The notes under the pieces are model-generated. The model made no database searches. It was given only the letters and a program-made list of their open reading frames with translations, and was not told where the DNA came from. The translations under genes were made by a program, and so were the position numbers. Below, one piece after another: positions 1 through 12,465 of a DNA stretch of 64,000 nt. Within the stretch, counting starts at the first letter, position 1, and every line of letters begins with the position of its first letter. The DNA lies in NCBI GenBank assembly GCA_003427395.1, contig BFEA01000011.1, positions 5,528,336 through 5,592,335 of the forward strand, written 5' to 3'. This stretch comes from Chara braunii (lineage: Eukaryota; Plantae; Charophyceae).

Positions 1-795
1 GAACCCTCAACCCCTTAGCCCTCCTGCGCTCCTCTGCTGCTCCGCTCTTGCCTCGATCCCCGGATCCGCCTGGTGAGAACTTAGTGACGTAACCTATAGG
101 GCTAAACCCAAGCCTGGATTCAGCAGGCGTAGTCCTCCACATAAATGGTATGGTCAGCCAACCCAGGCCTGCAAACGGTACCTCGGGCCATTTTTCCCAC
201 GTACGGCCTGCGTCCTTGGCTCCCTAAGGTCGTACCTGGCTATTTCGAGGGCATGGTTCCGCTGGCTTACCACACGCGCCGGCTGAAGCATGGCAGGCTG
301 TGGGTCGGGCTCCTCATGGCCTGCCACGACGCCCGTTTACCGCCTCTCCCTCGAGGAAACCCCGCTTGTTGCTCTACTTAGTGCCGCCCTTCCTTGGCCT
401 CACTGGTGGCTCCTACTATCGATAGTGCAAGGTCAGCCTAGTGCCTACAAACTTGGCATGGTATGACCCCGAACTGCAAGTTCTCAATAAGTCGGGCGGC
501 GGCCTCCTTTGGTCATAGCCCTCCCAAGCCAACTCTACGTCGTCCGAGACCTTGCCTGTGTGTGCGAGGTTGCGACCACCTCAGAGATTCTGACGTGACA
601 CTCACTCGTCCTACCGACGTCTCATGGGTTCCCTCGACCCAGACTCGGTCGGGCTAACGCGTGCCCACAAAGTGCACGCCCACACACTCCCTAATAAACA
701 CAAATGGGATGCACCCTCAGATATCGTCAGGCGCGCTCTTCCTATAAGCTGCAAAAACGCGCCCAAATACCCTTGTAAAGGTATTCGGGCCGACA
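1..795 (-). mobile_element. LTR (partial, runs off window) of the TGTCGG LTR family
   Basis: Minus strand begins TGTCGGCCCGAATACCTTTACAAGGGTAT at 795, matching the LTR starts at 4082 and 11223. Bases 1-115 are the reverse complement of 4530-4650 (TTAGCCCTATAGGTTACG...GGGGATCGAGGC...GGGGTTGAGGGT). Confidence 0.7.
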
Positions 796-1895
796 GCGTA
801 AGACTTAAAAAAATATATATTATACAATTTGACTATTACAAATTGCATTTCGTAAGTAAACTTGATCCTTTCTTGAAATGTTTTGTAACCAAAACCTTTC
901 CTTATATATAACTATATATAAGGTTTTGTCAACAAATATATCCCTTTATACTATCACATATAAAATTTCGTGAGCAATATATTTTTTTTTAAGACTATCA
1001 TTCATTATACTTCATGTGAAAACATGATTTTTTCATAAAACCGGAGGTCTTATGAGAAATAAGAGGTTTTACGAACAAACTAAATGATTGCGAACAATTA
1101 AACATGACGCTATATAAAAAAAAGTTATCCCTTAGAGGAACTTGTGTTTAACGTTTTAACAAAATTTGATTTCCTCATACTATTAGATAGTATGTTTTTT
1201 TAATAAACCTTAAACACGTTAACTATCATTCTCAAAATTTGATGAATACATAAAAAAAATTGTTTATTTGTTTTTTTTCTTAACCTTTATATTATGGGAA
1301 CGCACCAATCTGATTAGTTATCCTCGGTAAGAATTAGAATTACAAAAATATATATAACAAAAAATTATAGCATCACTAAGGTTGTCCAAATAGAGGGGGA
1401 GACTAATTAAAGTGCTCATTTTTACCTTGCGAAACTTATTGAAAGCACAATGTTACTTAGCCTACTTGTTATTCTTGAAAGCGGGGGGAAAAATTAAAAC
1501 GAAAAACATAAATAGCAAGAAGGAAAAAAAAAAAAAAAAAAAATCAAAGTAGAGAACGAAAATGGAGAGGATCCAAGAGGGAAGGCTAGAGGAAAAAATA
1601 ATAATAATAATAATAATGCATAATAAAAAATTTGTGATGTAATAAGTTACTAATAACTACAATAATAAACTAGCAAAACTAATAAAATATTTATGAACCT
1701 AAAATATTATAAACCGCCCAGGTATTGTAGGCGAGTTTTTCCTTCTGGTTCTCAATGCTGCTATAAAAGGTTGATTGGGACTAACCTATCGTGATCCACC
1801 AAGAAATCGGTCAGAGCGGACTCATAAAATTTATTACTATTAAAATTAAATATCACAAAAAAAAAACAAAAGAAACAAATAAATATGAACAATAG

Positions 1896-2170
1896 TTAGG
1901 CTACTAGAGTGGCCCGAGGTCGCTTGACCGTCTGGACAAAAAATAATAAAAATAATAAAACTAAAAATAATATTTTGTATTTTATTTTTTATTTTAAATT
2001 TGGTAAAGAATTTTGATGTGACCCTAGGGCAAAAGTTGTTCAGTTTATTTTTTTGCATAACATAGTTATTTGGGGGATTTTTTAGATTTTTTTTTTTTTT
2101 TTTTTTTACCTTCTCTGGTTCTTGCACGGGTTGGTCACCCGGGCCCTGGGCGGCCAGGCTGGTAGCCTTG
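1896..2170. mobile_element. MITE, CTAGGCTACCAG family (degenerate TIRs)
   Basis: TIRs TTAGGCTACTAG / CTGGTAGCCTTG, 8-bp TSD AACAATAG (1888-1895 and 2171-2178), and internal similarity to 25035-25328. Confidence 0.85.
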
Positions 2171-2516
2171 AACAATAGTGAATAAATTTGGTTCCTTGAT
2201 ACTATAACATATTAAAATTATGTTTAAATTTTATCGCTTTTGTTTTGTGAGCATGCCTTATCCATATTACTATGGACCATTTATGAGTTACAAAAACTAA
2301 GAAATGATTGATAGATAAAATTATCAATTCAATCATATCATGGTTATGATAAAACGTCGTGCATGTTCATGTAATTTGTGTTGCTTACATAATCTGTTTT
2401 ATTACAAGAAAAATGAGTTGAACGAGAGGGAAAAAAAGTATGAGTGACAAATATGTTTATATATAGTTCAGACAAAGTTAGATCATGAACAAATATTGGG
2501 TTAACGACCGAACACG

Positions 2517-2548
<32 letters not shown>

Positions 2549-2554
2549 AAAACA

Positions 2555-4826
2555 GAGGAAGGTAGTCAAAACCTCGGAAGTGCACGGTGAGGTGACGTAG
2601 CGCGTGTAGCCCGAAGCTGCCTAGTCACTGAGCTATAGTCGGACCGCCATATCTGACTACTTGTTAACGGATCTCCACACGTGGTTGCTTGTAAGTTGTT
2701 GCGTGCGTACTGGCGTGAGTTGGGAGTCGCGTTGGGGCAGAGTGTTGTGCGCTATATACCTGTTATGTAACCTGTTGTATAACTGATCGACGAGCATGGA
2801 CTCGGCAGTCTTTGGTGCGTAACTTACGAAATTGATGCCATTTTTGGCGCAGACCTGTGGGACGCCGTTTTAGGCGCTGATTTGTTGAGAGAGTTGGAGG
2901 AGCATAAAGAGGATGCAGGTAGTGAAGTTCTGTTTGAGGTATTCTAGTTGGAAACGTTTCTATTTATAAATCGAAGATTGAAAACCTTGTTGTGAGGAAC
3001 TTTGGCATGCATCGTTTGAGGGCTACTAGGGTTACGTGTATTATTCGTGTTTTGGTTTATTTCTAAAATTGCATGTATTGTTTCGTTGTAGATTAGCTTT
3101 AGTGCTATTTCCGAAATTGCCTGTTTCGTGACTTGTTTTTTCCGAAGTTTAGTTTTTGACTTGGAGTGTTGTGTTCGGATTATTTTTATTATGGGTTTTG
3201 TGTTTTGTAGGGTAGGAATTTTCCTTCCCCTTTTTGCCTTCCCCTGTTTGCTATTTGTTGTTTTAGCTTATGTGGATTTACTGTGTAGGATATAACCGTT
3301 CGATGTTTGCCGCTAGGTGTCATTTTTATGGCCTCTAAGTATTTAGGGCACTGCCATGCCTGTTCCTGGGTTAACGTTGTTTGATTAGCTATACCTTGCA
3401 TTGGATTTCGTTTCTATAGGTGGGCAACTCTATTTCACTCTGTTACTGTTATTTAGTTCGATGCTTGGTGCGTGTGATGGTGGGATTGAAATACGAACGC
3501 ATTGGAATCAAAATAGGTGGGCGACCCTAATTCGTTCTGTCGTCGGTGTTCGTTTTAAGTGGGGTGATGACATGGTAGTGTTCGATATGAATTTTAGTTT
3601 GACTTGGTTAGATATTCCTTGCTCGAACTGAATGGCTTTCGTTTTTATAGGTTGGCAACCCTACTTTATTATGTTGCGGTTGCTTAAGTTCGATGATTCG
3701 TGCGGTAGTTTTTATTTTAAGTATGGAGATTGTTGTGTGTTGGCTGGTCGTTGATAGGAATGGAGACGGTCTTCGTGGTAGAGTTGGGGGAAATAGGAAT
3801 TTCAGTTATTTGACTTAGCTAGATATTCCTTGCTCGAACTGAATGACTTTTGTTTTTATAGGTGGGCAACCCTGCTTTTTTCTGCTGCCGCTGTTTAAGT
3901 TCAACACTTCGTGCGGTAGTTTTTATTTTTGAGTATGTAAGGCGTTGGATAATCGTTGATCGTTGATAGGAATGGAGATGGTCTTCGTGGTTGGGTTGGT
4001 GTTGTGCTACAGTAAGGAGTGTGGTAAACTGTTTTCGTAGAAGGGTCGGTGCGGGATTGGGTTAAAAAGTGAGGACACTGTTGTCGGAGCGAATACCCTG
4101 ACAAGGGTATCCGCCCCGGTTTTTACAAATGACAGAAAATAAAGTTCGGGTCAAAATAGGCCGTGCAAGGCACGGCCGCGTCTGTGACTTACCTTGGCTA
4201 AGATAGAGGGTATGTGGGCACGCAGTTTTAAGGCGAGCGTGTGATTCCTCCGTTTGATTGTGCAGCCGGCATAGTTGACCGGCCTGATTCTTGCTATAGA
4301 TCAGGATAAGGAATAACAGTTTTTTTCTGGGATCGGCACGTTTGACTGGTGGTAGGCTAGGACGCGAGGAGAGGGGCGCGAGGCAGCCACTGGCGCAAGT
4401 TGGGCAAGCGTGCACGGAGGCCTAGCGGCCACGCGCTCAGTTGTAGGTGGGAATAAAGACCCGGGAAGTGTTCTTGGGCTTGAGCGTGGCACCACATCAC
4501 CTTATATGGGTTTTCACATGTGTTGGGCTCAGGTTTGGGCTTAGCCCTATAGGTTACGGTTCTGGACTGTTGCTGCGAGGGTACGGGGATCGAGGCCAGC
4601 GGACGGCGGCGCAGGAGCATTGGAGCATTGAAGGGTTGAGGGGTTGAGGGTCCCACGCTGCCCTTGTGCGGTGTCGGACCGATGCGCTCGACACTATGTA
4701 TGCAGGGATGGGGCTCCACGCTCTTTGTGGGGCAAGACAACCTGTCGTCCTTGTCTTTTACTATCTCAATGATGTAATTGCCTTGGGCACTGGGCCCTGT
4801 TAATAAAAGTGCAATTTCGGGTAAAA
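2555..4826 (+). mobile_element. 3' part of an LTR retrotransposon: internal region, PPT-like tract and truncated 3' LTR from 4082
   Basis: Purine-rich AAAAAGTGAGGACAC lies just before TGTCGGAGCGAATACCCTGACAAGGGTATCC (4082), which is homologous to the LTR at 11223. Internal ~220-bp duplications at 3590-3990. Left boundary is approximate. Confidence 0.55.
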
Positions 4827-5567
4827 TATATATATATATATTATATGAAAACAAAATATGTTATGCAGAAGAATAAACTGAACAACATTCGCCTCAACGT
4901 TACATCTCAACTCTTTACCACATTTGAAATAAAAATAAAATACGAAAAACCAACAATGCTAATGAATATTAGAAAATATATTACAATAATGAAATTATTG
5001 AGTGTGCGAGCGTGTTTTTGACACCACCATCTTTGGCGTCTTTTTTTTTTTTTTTTTTTGAACAAATGTTATGAAATTTTATATATGTGTATNNNNNNNN
5101 NNNNNNNNNNNNNNNNNNNNNNNNNNNNNNNNNNNNNNNNNNNNNNNNNNNNNNNNNNNNNNNNNNNNNNNNNNNNNNNNNNNNNNNNNNNNNNNNNNNN
5201 NNNNNNNNNNNNNNNNNNNNNNNNNNNNNNNNNNNNNNNNNNNNNNNNNNNNNNNNNNNNNNNNNNNNNNNNNNNNNAAAAAAAAAAAAAAAAAAAAAGT
5301 GGGCAAGCAAGTTTTGACACGACTATCTTTACCAATTTTTCATTATTGTTTGGCTTAACAGAATGCCTTCAAAAATAAGAGGTAGATATGTTACATTACA
5401 AAGAACTCACGAATAAATATTCAGCAGTAAATAATAATATTTAGGGGCCAAAATCATTTTTGGGGGAGTCTAACGCGCTTCGGGTTCGAGCCCCGTACTT
5501 GGACCTGAACGCCTGAACGTTTGGGGGTCAGCTTAGGGGCCTCCGTACATTTGGCTTGACAACCCTA
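4827..5567. mobile_element. Non-autonomous hAT-like TIR element (YAGGGTTGTC family), interrupted by a gap
   Basis: Ends ...GACAACCCTA. Carries ACACCACCATCTTT/GTGGGCAAGCA subterminal motifs shared with 26171-27647 and 28994-29729. Confidence 0.55.
5093..5277. other. Assembly gap (N run)
   Basis: Run of n. Confidence 1.
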
Positions 5568-5689
5568 TGTATATATATATTAGAGGCATAAAAAAAAAAA
5601 AAAAGTGCTCGAGCAAGTTTTTACACCACCATCTTTTACGAATTTTCATTTATTTTTCGCTCCGTAAAATTGTTTGAAAATTTATATAG

Positions 5690-8600
5690 ATGTACTGCAA
5701 CTCCAACCTTCAGAAGCGACGGATCTAGTGAAGTCAGCCTTTCCTGGGTGACTGCCACAACCATGAAAAACTAGCGGCAACTTTTAACAGCAAGGTTCGA
5801 GCATACTACTCAATCCAGCCACTCACTCGTTTAGCTGCAAACGGTCCGCACGATTATCTGACTACAAGTGGCTTGGTCGATAGCCCTCTCAGTCTCTTTC
5901 TCTCAATAGAATCAGATGACCCTCGCATCGGTTAGCAGGCAGGTTTCCGGTCTTACCGTTGGCCTCACTCCCTTCACCGACAGTCGAGAAATGGGTAGAG
6001 CATTCGCTAATAAGTAAACCTCGAATCTCTCGACCGACAACACGTCCTCGCTACTCTCAATCAGTGGATGAGCAGTGTCTAGCTCAGTTGGTAAGTCTAT
6101 AGCCCTACCTCCCACTTCTCGCTACTCCAGATGTCAGCGCCTTGGTTCGCAAGTATACACATAACCTCGTTGTTCCCCACAGATGTATACGCCGCTATTA
6201 GAAGTTGTGTGCACTAAGAGTCGACACGTCGGGCAACACACCGGTCAACAGGTGTTGCTCGCTCCCCGCTAGCTGGACCGACGATCGATGGATGAGTGAT
6301 ATCCTTGCTGGAATAGCTAGGCCATCAATCTCCCGCAGCTAGCTTCTCGTTCTCCCGCCGATGAAACGGTCAAACCCCGAATAAAAACTTCTGCAAAGGC
6401 CCGAAAGTATTCGTTGTCATTCTCAAACCGCCACTTCGAGTGCAACTCTCGCGCCTCATGCTACCAAGATCGCTGCTCCACTCCGGAATCTGCACTCACC
6501 ACCATTTTTACACAATTACAAAATCTCGAACCCTTCTCATCCTTTCGTGCGAATGCAACTAGTTGCCCATACGACTAGGTTCACTCACCAAAGGCTGGGA
6601 GAGTCTCCATAAGATTGAAGAGCCCAGTGCTATGTTTATTTTCAATTGTCTGAAGGACCAGACATGTTCCCATAAGATTGGGTGGTCTGGTTGCTTTGAC
6701 TTGCGAGGGTTACTTATGTTTGACTTTCAGGGACCAAGTATTTTTCCATAAGATTGGATAGCTTGGTTACTTTATTTTCTTTGAGTTTTCTTGTAAAAGG
6801 ACTGGATAGATTATCATAAGATTGGGTGGTCTGGTCCGGAGTCACGCACATGTTGAAACCAAAAGGGTATATTTCTATAGTATTTTACTTATGAACAGGC
6901 TAGTCAGACATTTTTCCATAAGATTGGATGGTATGGCTATAGCTTATCACCAACTGAAGAGAGTATGAATTAAGAATGAACCCGTGGTAAGAAGGGACAA
7001 CCTGAACCTTGATCTAAGATGATCGATTCAGTCATATGTTACCTTAAAAGACTAAGTGATGATCATTATATATAACTTAGATACTTAAATAGTTCAGGGT
7101 GACTAGGTTGGACAGCCTAGTCATATGCCCAAGGAAGAGAAAAGTTGTAGTGCCCAGTGTTTGTGTATATTCAATGGTTGAGCTAGACAGGTTTCCATAA
7201 GATTGGATGGTTTAGCTTTATGTCTTATGTAAGTTGGGTATAAGGGATAAATCATTGAAAGACTACGAATTATTGTTTGATAAGATTGACTTTGGGATTG
7301 GTGAGAGTACTTACCTTTGTGGTTTGGCCTTGCATATGGCTGAGTGAGATCACTACCTGGTTTAAGTTTCAGTTTGATAGGTAGGTGCTTTAGATGCCCG
7401 CTATGTGCTAGAGTTATAAGAGTTAGTTTCAATTTCTGCATTTTCTTACCGAATTTTTTTGCTTAGGTCAATTTTTACATTTTCTGGGACCATTTGTTGT
7501 ATTTGGTTTTATATAAATGTTAGTAAGTTACTTTCTCTACGGGAAGCACTGCCGAAATTTCTACAAAACCAAGAAGTTTATCAAATTTTAACTTTTCAAA
7601 GTTCAACTTGTCTAAATTTTATATATTGCTTAGTAAAAGTATGAAAAGTCTCATTTCATAAAGGGAGTGTTGTGCAAAATTTTGTTAATTCAGAGAGATA
7701 AACAAAATTGAACATTGAAAAGTCAATGTTATTTTTAGATTCTGAACTTAGCTTTGTATAAATTTTGGAAAGTTGTTTTATCTACGGGAAGCGCTGCCGA
7801 AATTTTCTTCATTTAGAGAAGTTAGATTATATTTTGAAAGGTGGCGATACTGGTAATCCACTCTATATACAAAGATTCTGCCAAAGGTCTACCTTTTCTT
7901 TGGACACGGACTTAGGGGTAGGCTTAAACTTAGTTGGCAGATAATTTGGGGTAATAATTTGCTATTGAAATCCATTCTCCGTACATTGATGATTTAGTTT
8001 GGGCATTAAGCTATCTTATGATACAGACCCTCTTTGGATATTTGATTCAGTATTTGGGCTAGATTCAGCTTGATCCCGCAAGGATCATCTTCTGTTATCA
8101 CTGATAACAGGCCGGTTGTCGATTCGTCGGTTTACAACTCAACTTCAGGCCACTATCGTTACCTAACCTAAAGACTTTAGCCTTGGTGGTTTTTATTATT
8201 TTATTAAGGTTTCACCCGGATTTTTATTGAATAGTCATTTAACGAAGGTACTGAGTACTTATCTTGGAAGGTTGGACAAAGGTTGGGGCTTGCATGGCTA
8301 AAGCAAGGAGTATGAGTATAGAGAATAGTTTAAGTTAAGAATGGTTTAAGTTAACCCCATGTAGTGCATTGACTTTTGTTGAACCTTTGATGTGATTGCA
8401 AGTATGTTTGTGGTTCGGGCTTTGGATTGGACTGCCTGCGATCACATACATATATATAGTTGAGAGGATTTTCATTGTGATTGTAAGAAGTGATCGTCAT
8501 GTACTTATAACCTTATATATATACGTACATGTACATTGAGTGTTTGCACAACCTATTGTGACTATGAGTAAGTGTTAAGCGAATTATGAGTTGAGAGGAA

Positions 8601-9650
8601 AGAGAAATCCTTTTTTATTTATTTCTTTTTATAGTTTTTATAGTTGGACGTTGTAGTCCGTGGCAACCGTCAAAGTCAAACCCCTTGAGTTCTCTTCAGG
8701 CCCTTGATGATGGAGCTGGTCCTTAGGGTAATTAGAGACAATTGTCACCACAAGTATGAACCTGTGTACCACCCACTCTTTGCAAGGTGCAAAAGACGGT
8801 GTGGTTTTCAACCGCACTTAGCGGTTGTCCAACGTCGAGAGATTAACCCCTCAATTCGCATGTCAGTCGACACTTGAATGTCGAACGCGAACCTCGAGAT
8901 TATCGAGGACCGCATGATTATGGGTACTACATAGTACACCATCATTGTGACCGCTTGTGTAAGCATGCATTGCTAGTCGATATAAGAATGCTTTGCATCT
9001 GCGCGGTTTTATACTAAGTCTCGCTCATATCGCCTATCCGATTTCCGCATTGGAATGTTATGGGATGGCTACAAAAGGGATTAGGAGTGTTGTTGTTTTG
9101 TATTGTTCCGTATGTATGTGTGTGTTTTATTTTTATATTTTATGGGTGGTGTGACACGTGGTGAGTGGGATGCGTCCTAGTCGACCGACGACGAGTCGCG
9201 CTTGGGACTTCAACCCCCTAACGAGTCGGTTCACGTGCGGGTCCGATAGAGGCATGAGACGACATGTACCCCCTATGCTACAACGAACGAGAAACGCCCT
9301 CGGCTGGTCCACCTCTGCGATTGCAACTGATTAGCTTTCGTATTGTGGACTGGTAGCTTGGCGGGGATACGTTCACCAAAGACAGGTGACAGTTCCCGCA
9401 AGTGGAGGTAAGTTGTACCTCACGTTGGCCCTATCGTGTCATAGGGGCTCATGAGAGGTATGGCTGATGCACTCGGCCGGAGCGGCTTGCGAAAACTCAT
9501 TGTGTATCGCGCGTAGACCAACTTTTGTGTGACGCAGCCGAGAGGGTCCCACCCTGCGTGGGACCGATGCGCACGACAGGTAGTCCACTTTATGTTTGTC
9601 TTAAATAAACCGCTCCTTTTAGATATTAGTGCAACTTTTATAAAAATAAT
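5690..9650 (+). mobile_element. Degenerate LTR-retrotransposon remnant (Tat/Ogre-like 3' region with tandem subrepeats)
   Basis: 7300-8450 and 9140-9580 align by eye with 17070-17750, 22441-23120 and 23345-23765. Contains CATAAGATTGG repeats (6606-7210), ~120-bp subrepeats (7500-7810) and a decayed antisense ORF at ~5900-6500. Boundaries are approximate. Confidence 0.5.
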
Positions 9651-10432
9651 TTATCTAAACAACCAATTTTCATTTTCATAAGAACATTAGTGGATAACAT
9701 AGTTATAAGTATTTATAATTTTCCTATTATTATTGTAAAATATTTTCTCATTGTTTGAACCAAATTTATCAACAATCCATATATTTCACAACAAGTAAAC
9801 CAACGAAAAAGAAAAATATAAAATATTTAGAATAACAAATATTTTTTCTGTAAAAATTCACCCTTAACTAGATTAACCAATATTCGGTTCGGGCCGAACA
9901 TGACAGTCAGAATGACCGAATGCTCAGGACGTCCGGGGACAACATTTGACCAAATGCAAACTTTAATTAATTTTTTTATTATTATTATTATTATTTTTTA
10001 ACATAATCATATTGCAGGAAGAACAAGTTTAAAATTTATTATTTCCCCCCTCAAAAAACGAATATCAGTAGGGGGAAGTCTGACTACTGAAAGGTAGGAC
10101 TTCCCTTCTACTATATGTGCGTGTTTGTGTGCGTGCGCGATGTATGTATCCATGACGAGGGTGCTACCTTCCCCCCAACAACCAATTAACCAATCAAACA
10201 ATCAACATTACATTTGATTTTTTTTAACTTATATATATATATATATATACATGTGTATATATGATTTGTTAGGGGATGTTCAATCACCCCCCGTTTGCTT
10301 CCACCCCCTCAAATGTGTGTGTTTGTGCGAGTGATGTATGTGTATGTTTGTGTGCATTATGTATGTATATGCACACATGTGTGTGTGTATATGTGGGGGG
10401 GGGGGAGGACCCCCCCAACTAACTATTAGTCG

Positions 10433-10466
<34 letters not shown>

Positions 10467-10609
10467 TAATATTGTATTTATATATATATATATATATTGA
10501 TTGATTGATTGGTTGTGGAAAGGTCACTCACCCCCCACACGCTCATTTCTCGTATGTGTGTGTTTGTTGTGCTTATGCATGTATATATAAGTATGAGAGT
10601 GTGTATACG

Positions 10610-11000
10610 TTGTCGATCGCATAGGTCCTGCAAAGGATCCTCCCGGTCGTGTCACGTAGGATTTTGTAGGAGTTTTTTATCGTAGTGGAGCTTTGACCGC
10701 TCCGGTCGAGTGCGCCTACCATACCTCTCGTAAAACCCTAAAACAGCATACTGGTGAGGAGAGGCATAACTTACCTTTGCCCAAGGGGTTCTAACCACCT
10801 TTGGACAGGCGTATCCCCGTACCTCCTTGTTGAAAGTTTCACATTGTAACCAATAGTGTTAGGCTCATGGTTGGGTTCAGCATCAGGGTACACCCATATA
10901 AACGGGTGTTGTGTGGCGCATGAGCCTACTGCAATGCTCCAAGGTCACACCTCCTCCTATCGGCCGTATCTACACTCGTGAAGCTCCCGCATTCTACCAC
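10610..11000 (-). repeat. Inverted fragment of the 9140-9650 / 23345-23765 repeat
   Basis: 10610-10730 is the reverse complement of the ...CACTCGGCCGGAGCGG...GAGGGTCCC...GGACCGATGCG segment. Confidence 0.55.
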
Positions 11001-11222
11001 GCGGAGCCTCGAGCCATGTTTTTACTCCATCACTCACTCCATTTACCATATAAAGGTCGCATCGTCGTTAAAACTAACCTTCGCATGAGCACACATGCAG
11101 CACGATCACATCAGCGGGAAGGATTACTTAGTCGTAGTTTAATCAAAGTCAGATGTTTGGTCGGCGAAAATGCAGACCTTATAACATTAATAAGAAACAT
11201 CACGTGCACCTCAAAACAGCGA

Positions 11223-12057
11223 TGTCGGTGTGAATACCTTTACAAGGGTATCTGCCTTGTTTTTTGCGACTGGCAGAAGATAAGCTCTGGCTTGATAATT
11301 TGAGTGCACCGTGTGAGTCGGGACCGTATTTTCTATTATGCTGACTAAATGATTGACTGAAAGAAGAGAGTGTGTGGGCGCACAGTTTTGAGGTGCGCGA
11401 TGTTTCCTATTAATGTTATAGAGCCTACGCATCTTCTGGTCAACTTTTGACTTTGATTAAGCTAAGACTAAGTGATCTTTTTTGTGGATGTGACTATGGT
11501 ACGTGTACGCTCATGTGGAGGATGACCTTGATGAAGTTGCGGCCCTTTGTATGGTAAACGTAGTGCACAAGGGAATAGAACGGAGGTCAGGCTTCCTCGC
11601 AGTAGACACGAGAGTTTAGAGGGTATAGACCCGATCAATAGGCGAAGAGGTGACTTTGTTGTGTCATGCGTCGAACAACAATTGTTCATATGGAATTGCG
11701 CAGCTGCTAATATCAACCTTGGGCCTAAAGCTATTGGTTGTGACATTGAACTTTCAACACGGAGGTACAGGGATCGAGGCCAGTGACTGACAACGATGGA
11801 GCGTGGAAGTATCTTGAAAGAACCGAGGGGTAGAGGATCCGACGGGACCAACCCCTTTAGTTTTGTTGATGGCTCCGATCGCTGGCCCGATCTACTGGAC
11901 CAAAGGGGTGTCAGTCGTCCCCTCTCTCCCCGTATCCTGTTTTCTCTTTATTTTTACCTTTACCTTGCTATTAATAATTTCATATTTTTACAAACCATGT
12001 TTGAATCAGAGTCAGTCACGGTGTTGATACCCGAACCTGACCAGCTGGCCTAACTCA
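11223..12057 (+). mobile_element. 5' LTR of a Ty3/gypsy (Tat/Ogre-like) retrotransposon
   Basis: TG...CA termini (TGTCGG at 11223, CTCA ending at 12057), followed 2 nt later by a TGG-initiated PBS. Homologous to 1-795 and 4082-4826. Confidence 0.75.
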
Positions 12058-12059
12058 AT

Positions 12060-12069
12060 TGGCACGCCC
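12060..12069 (+). promoter_or_regulatory. Primer-binding site TGGCACGCCC (truncated)
   Basis: Canonical LTR-CA + 2 nt + TGG geometry. Resembles the tRNA-Arg-type PBS of Ogre/Tat elements (tRNA assignment from memory). Confidence 0.65.
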
Positions 12070-12092
12070 CCATACAGATCTGGGTTCGACTT

Positions 12093-12465
12093 TAGTTTGA
12101 GACACCATTTATCTCAGATTGTTCGTCGGATGATCTTATACAGAGTTCCATGATCTACGGCTCGAGCGCCTTTGTCCTCCATGGATCCTTCAATATACCA
12201 TTACGCACCATGAAAGGTACCTATTATAACATTAAGAGCCGTGTGAGCACTGCTTCCCGATCTAAAGCCATGTGAATAAAGTGGAGAAACAAGGTTCATA
12301 AATAGGTTTTTTCTGGCGGCAGATGAGAAGAATGTCGCACCGTTGAATCATCAATGGGCCACTTTGTTGGTACACTTACGAGTTTTTGAGGTATGGGCCT
12401 GAGTTTGAACTCTGATTGAAGCAAGCGAGTACATACTGTATTTCTGAATTACCAAGGGTCAATAA
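12093..12465 (-). pseudogene. Group II intron maturase/RT fragment, probably organelle-derived (NUMT)
   Basis: Manual minus-strand translation: PIYEPCFS(frameshift)YSHGFRSGSSAHTALNVIIGTFHGA*WYIEGSMEDKGARAVDHGTLYKIIRRTI*DKWCLKL. This matches the group II intron RT 2a-3 region (IYEP.FS..SHGFR.GRS.HTAL...W.IEGD...IDH..L....I.DK). Confidence 0.8.

Noticed and set aside
8652-9073. Possible solo LTR (TGTAG...CTACA)
   Set aside because: No target-site duplication (GACGT vs AAAGG) and no second copy in the window.
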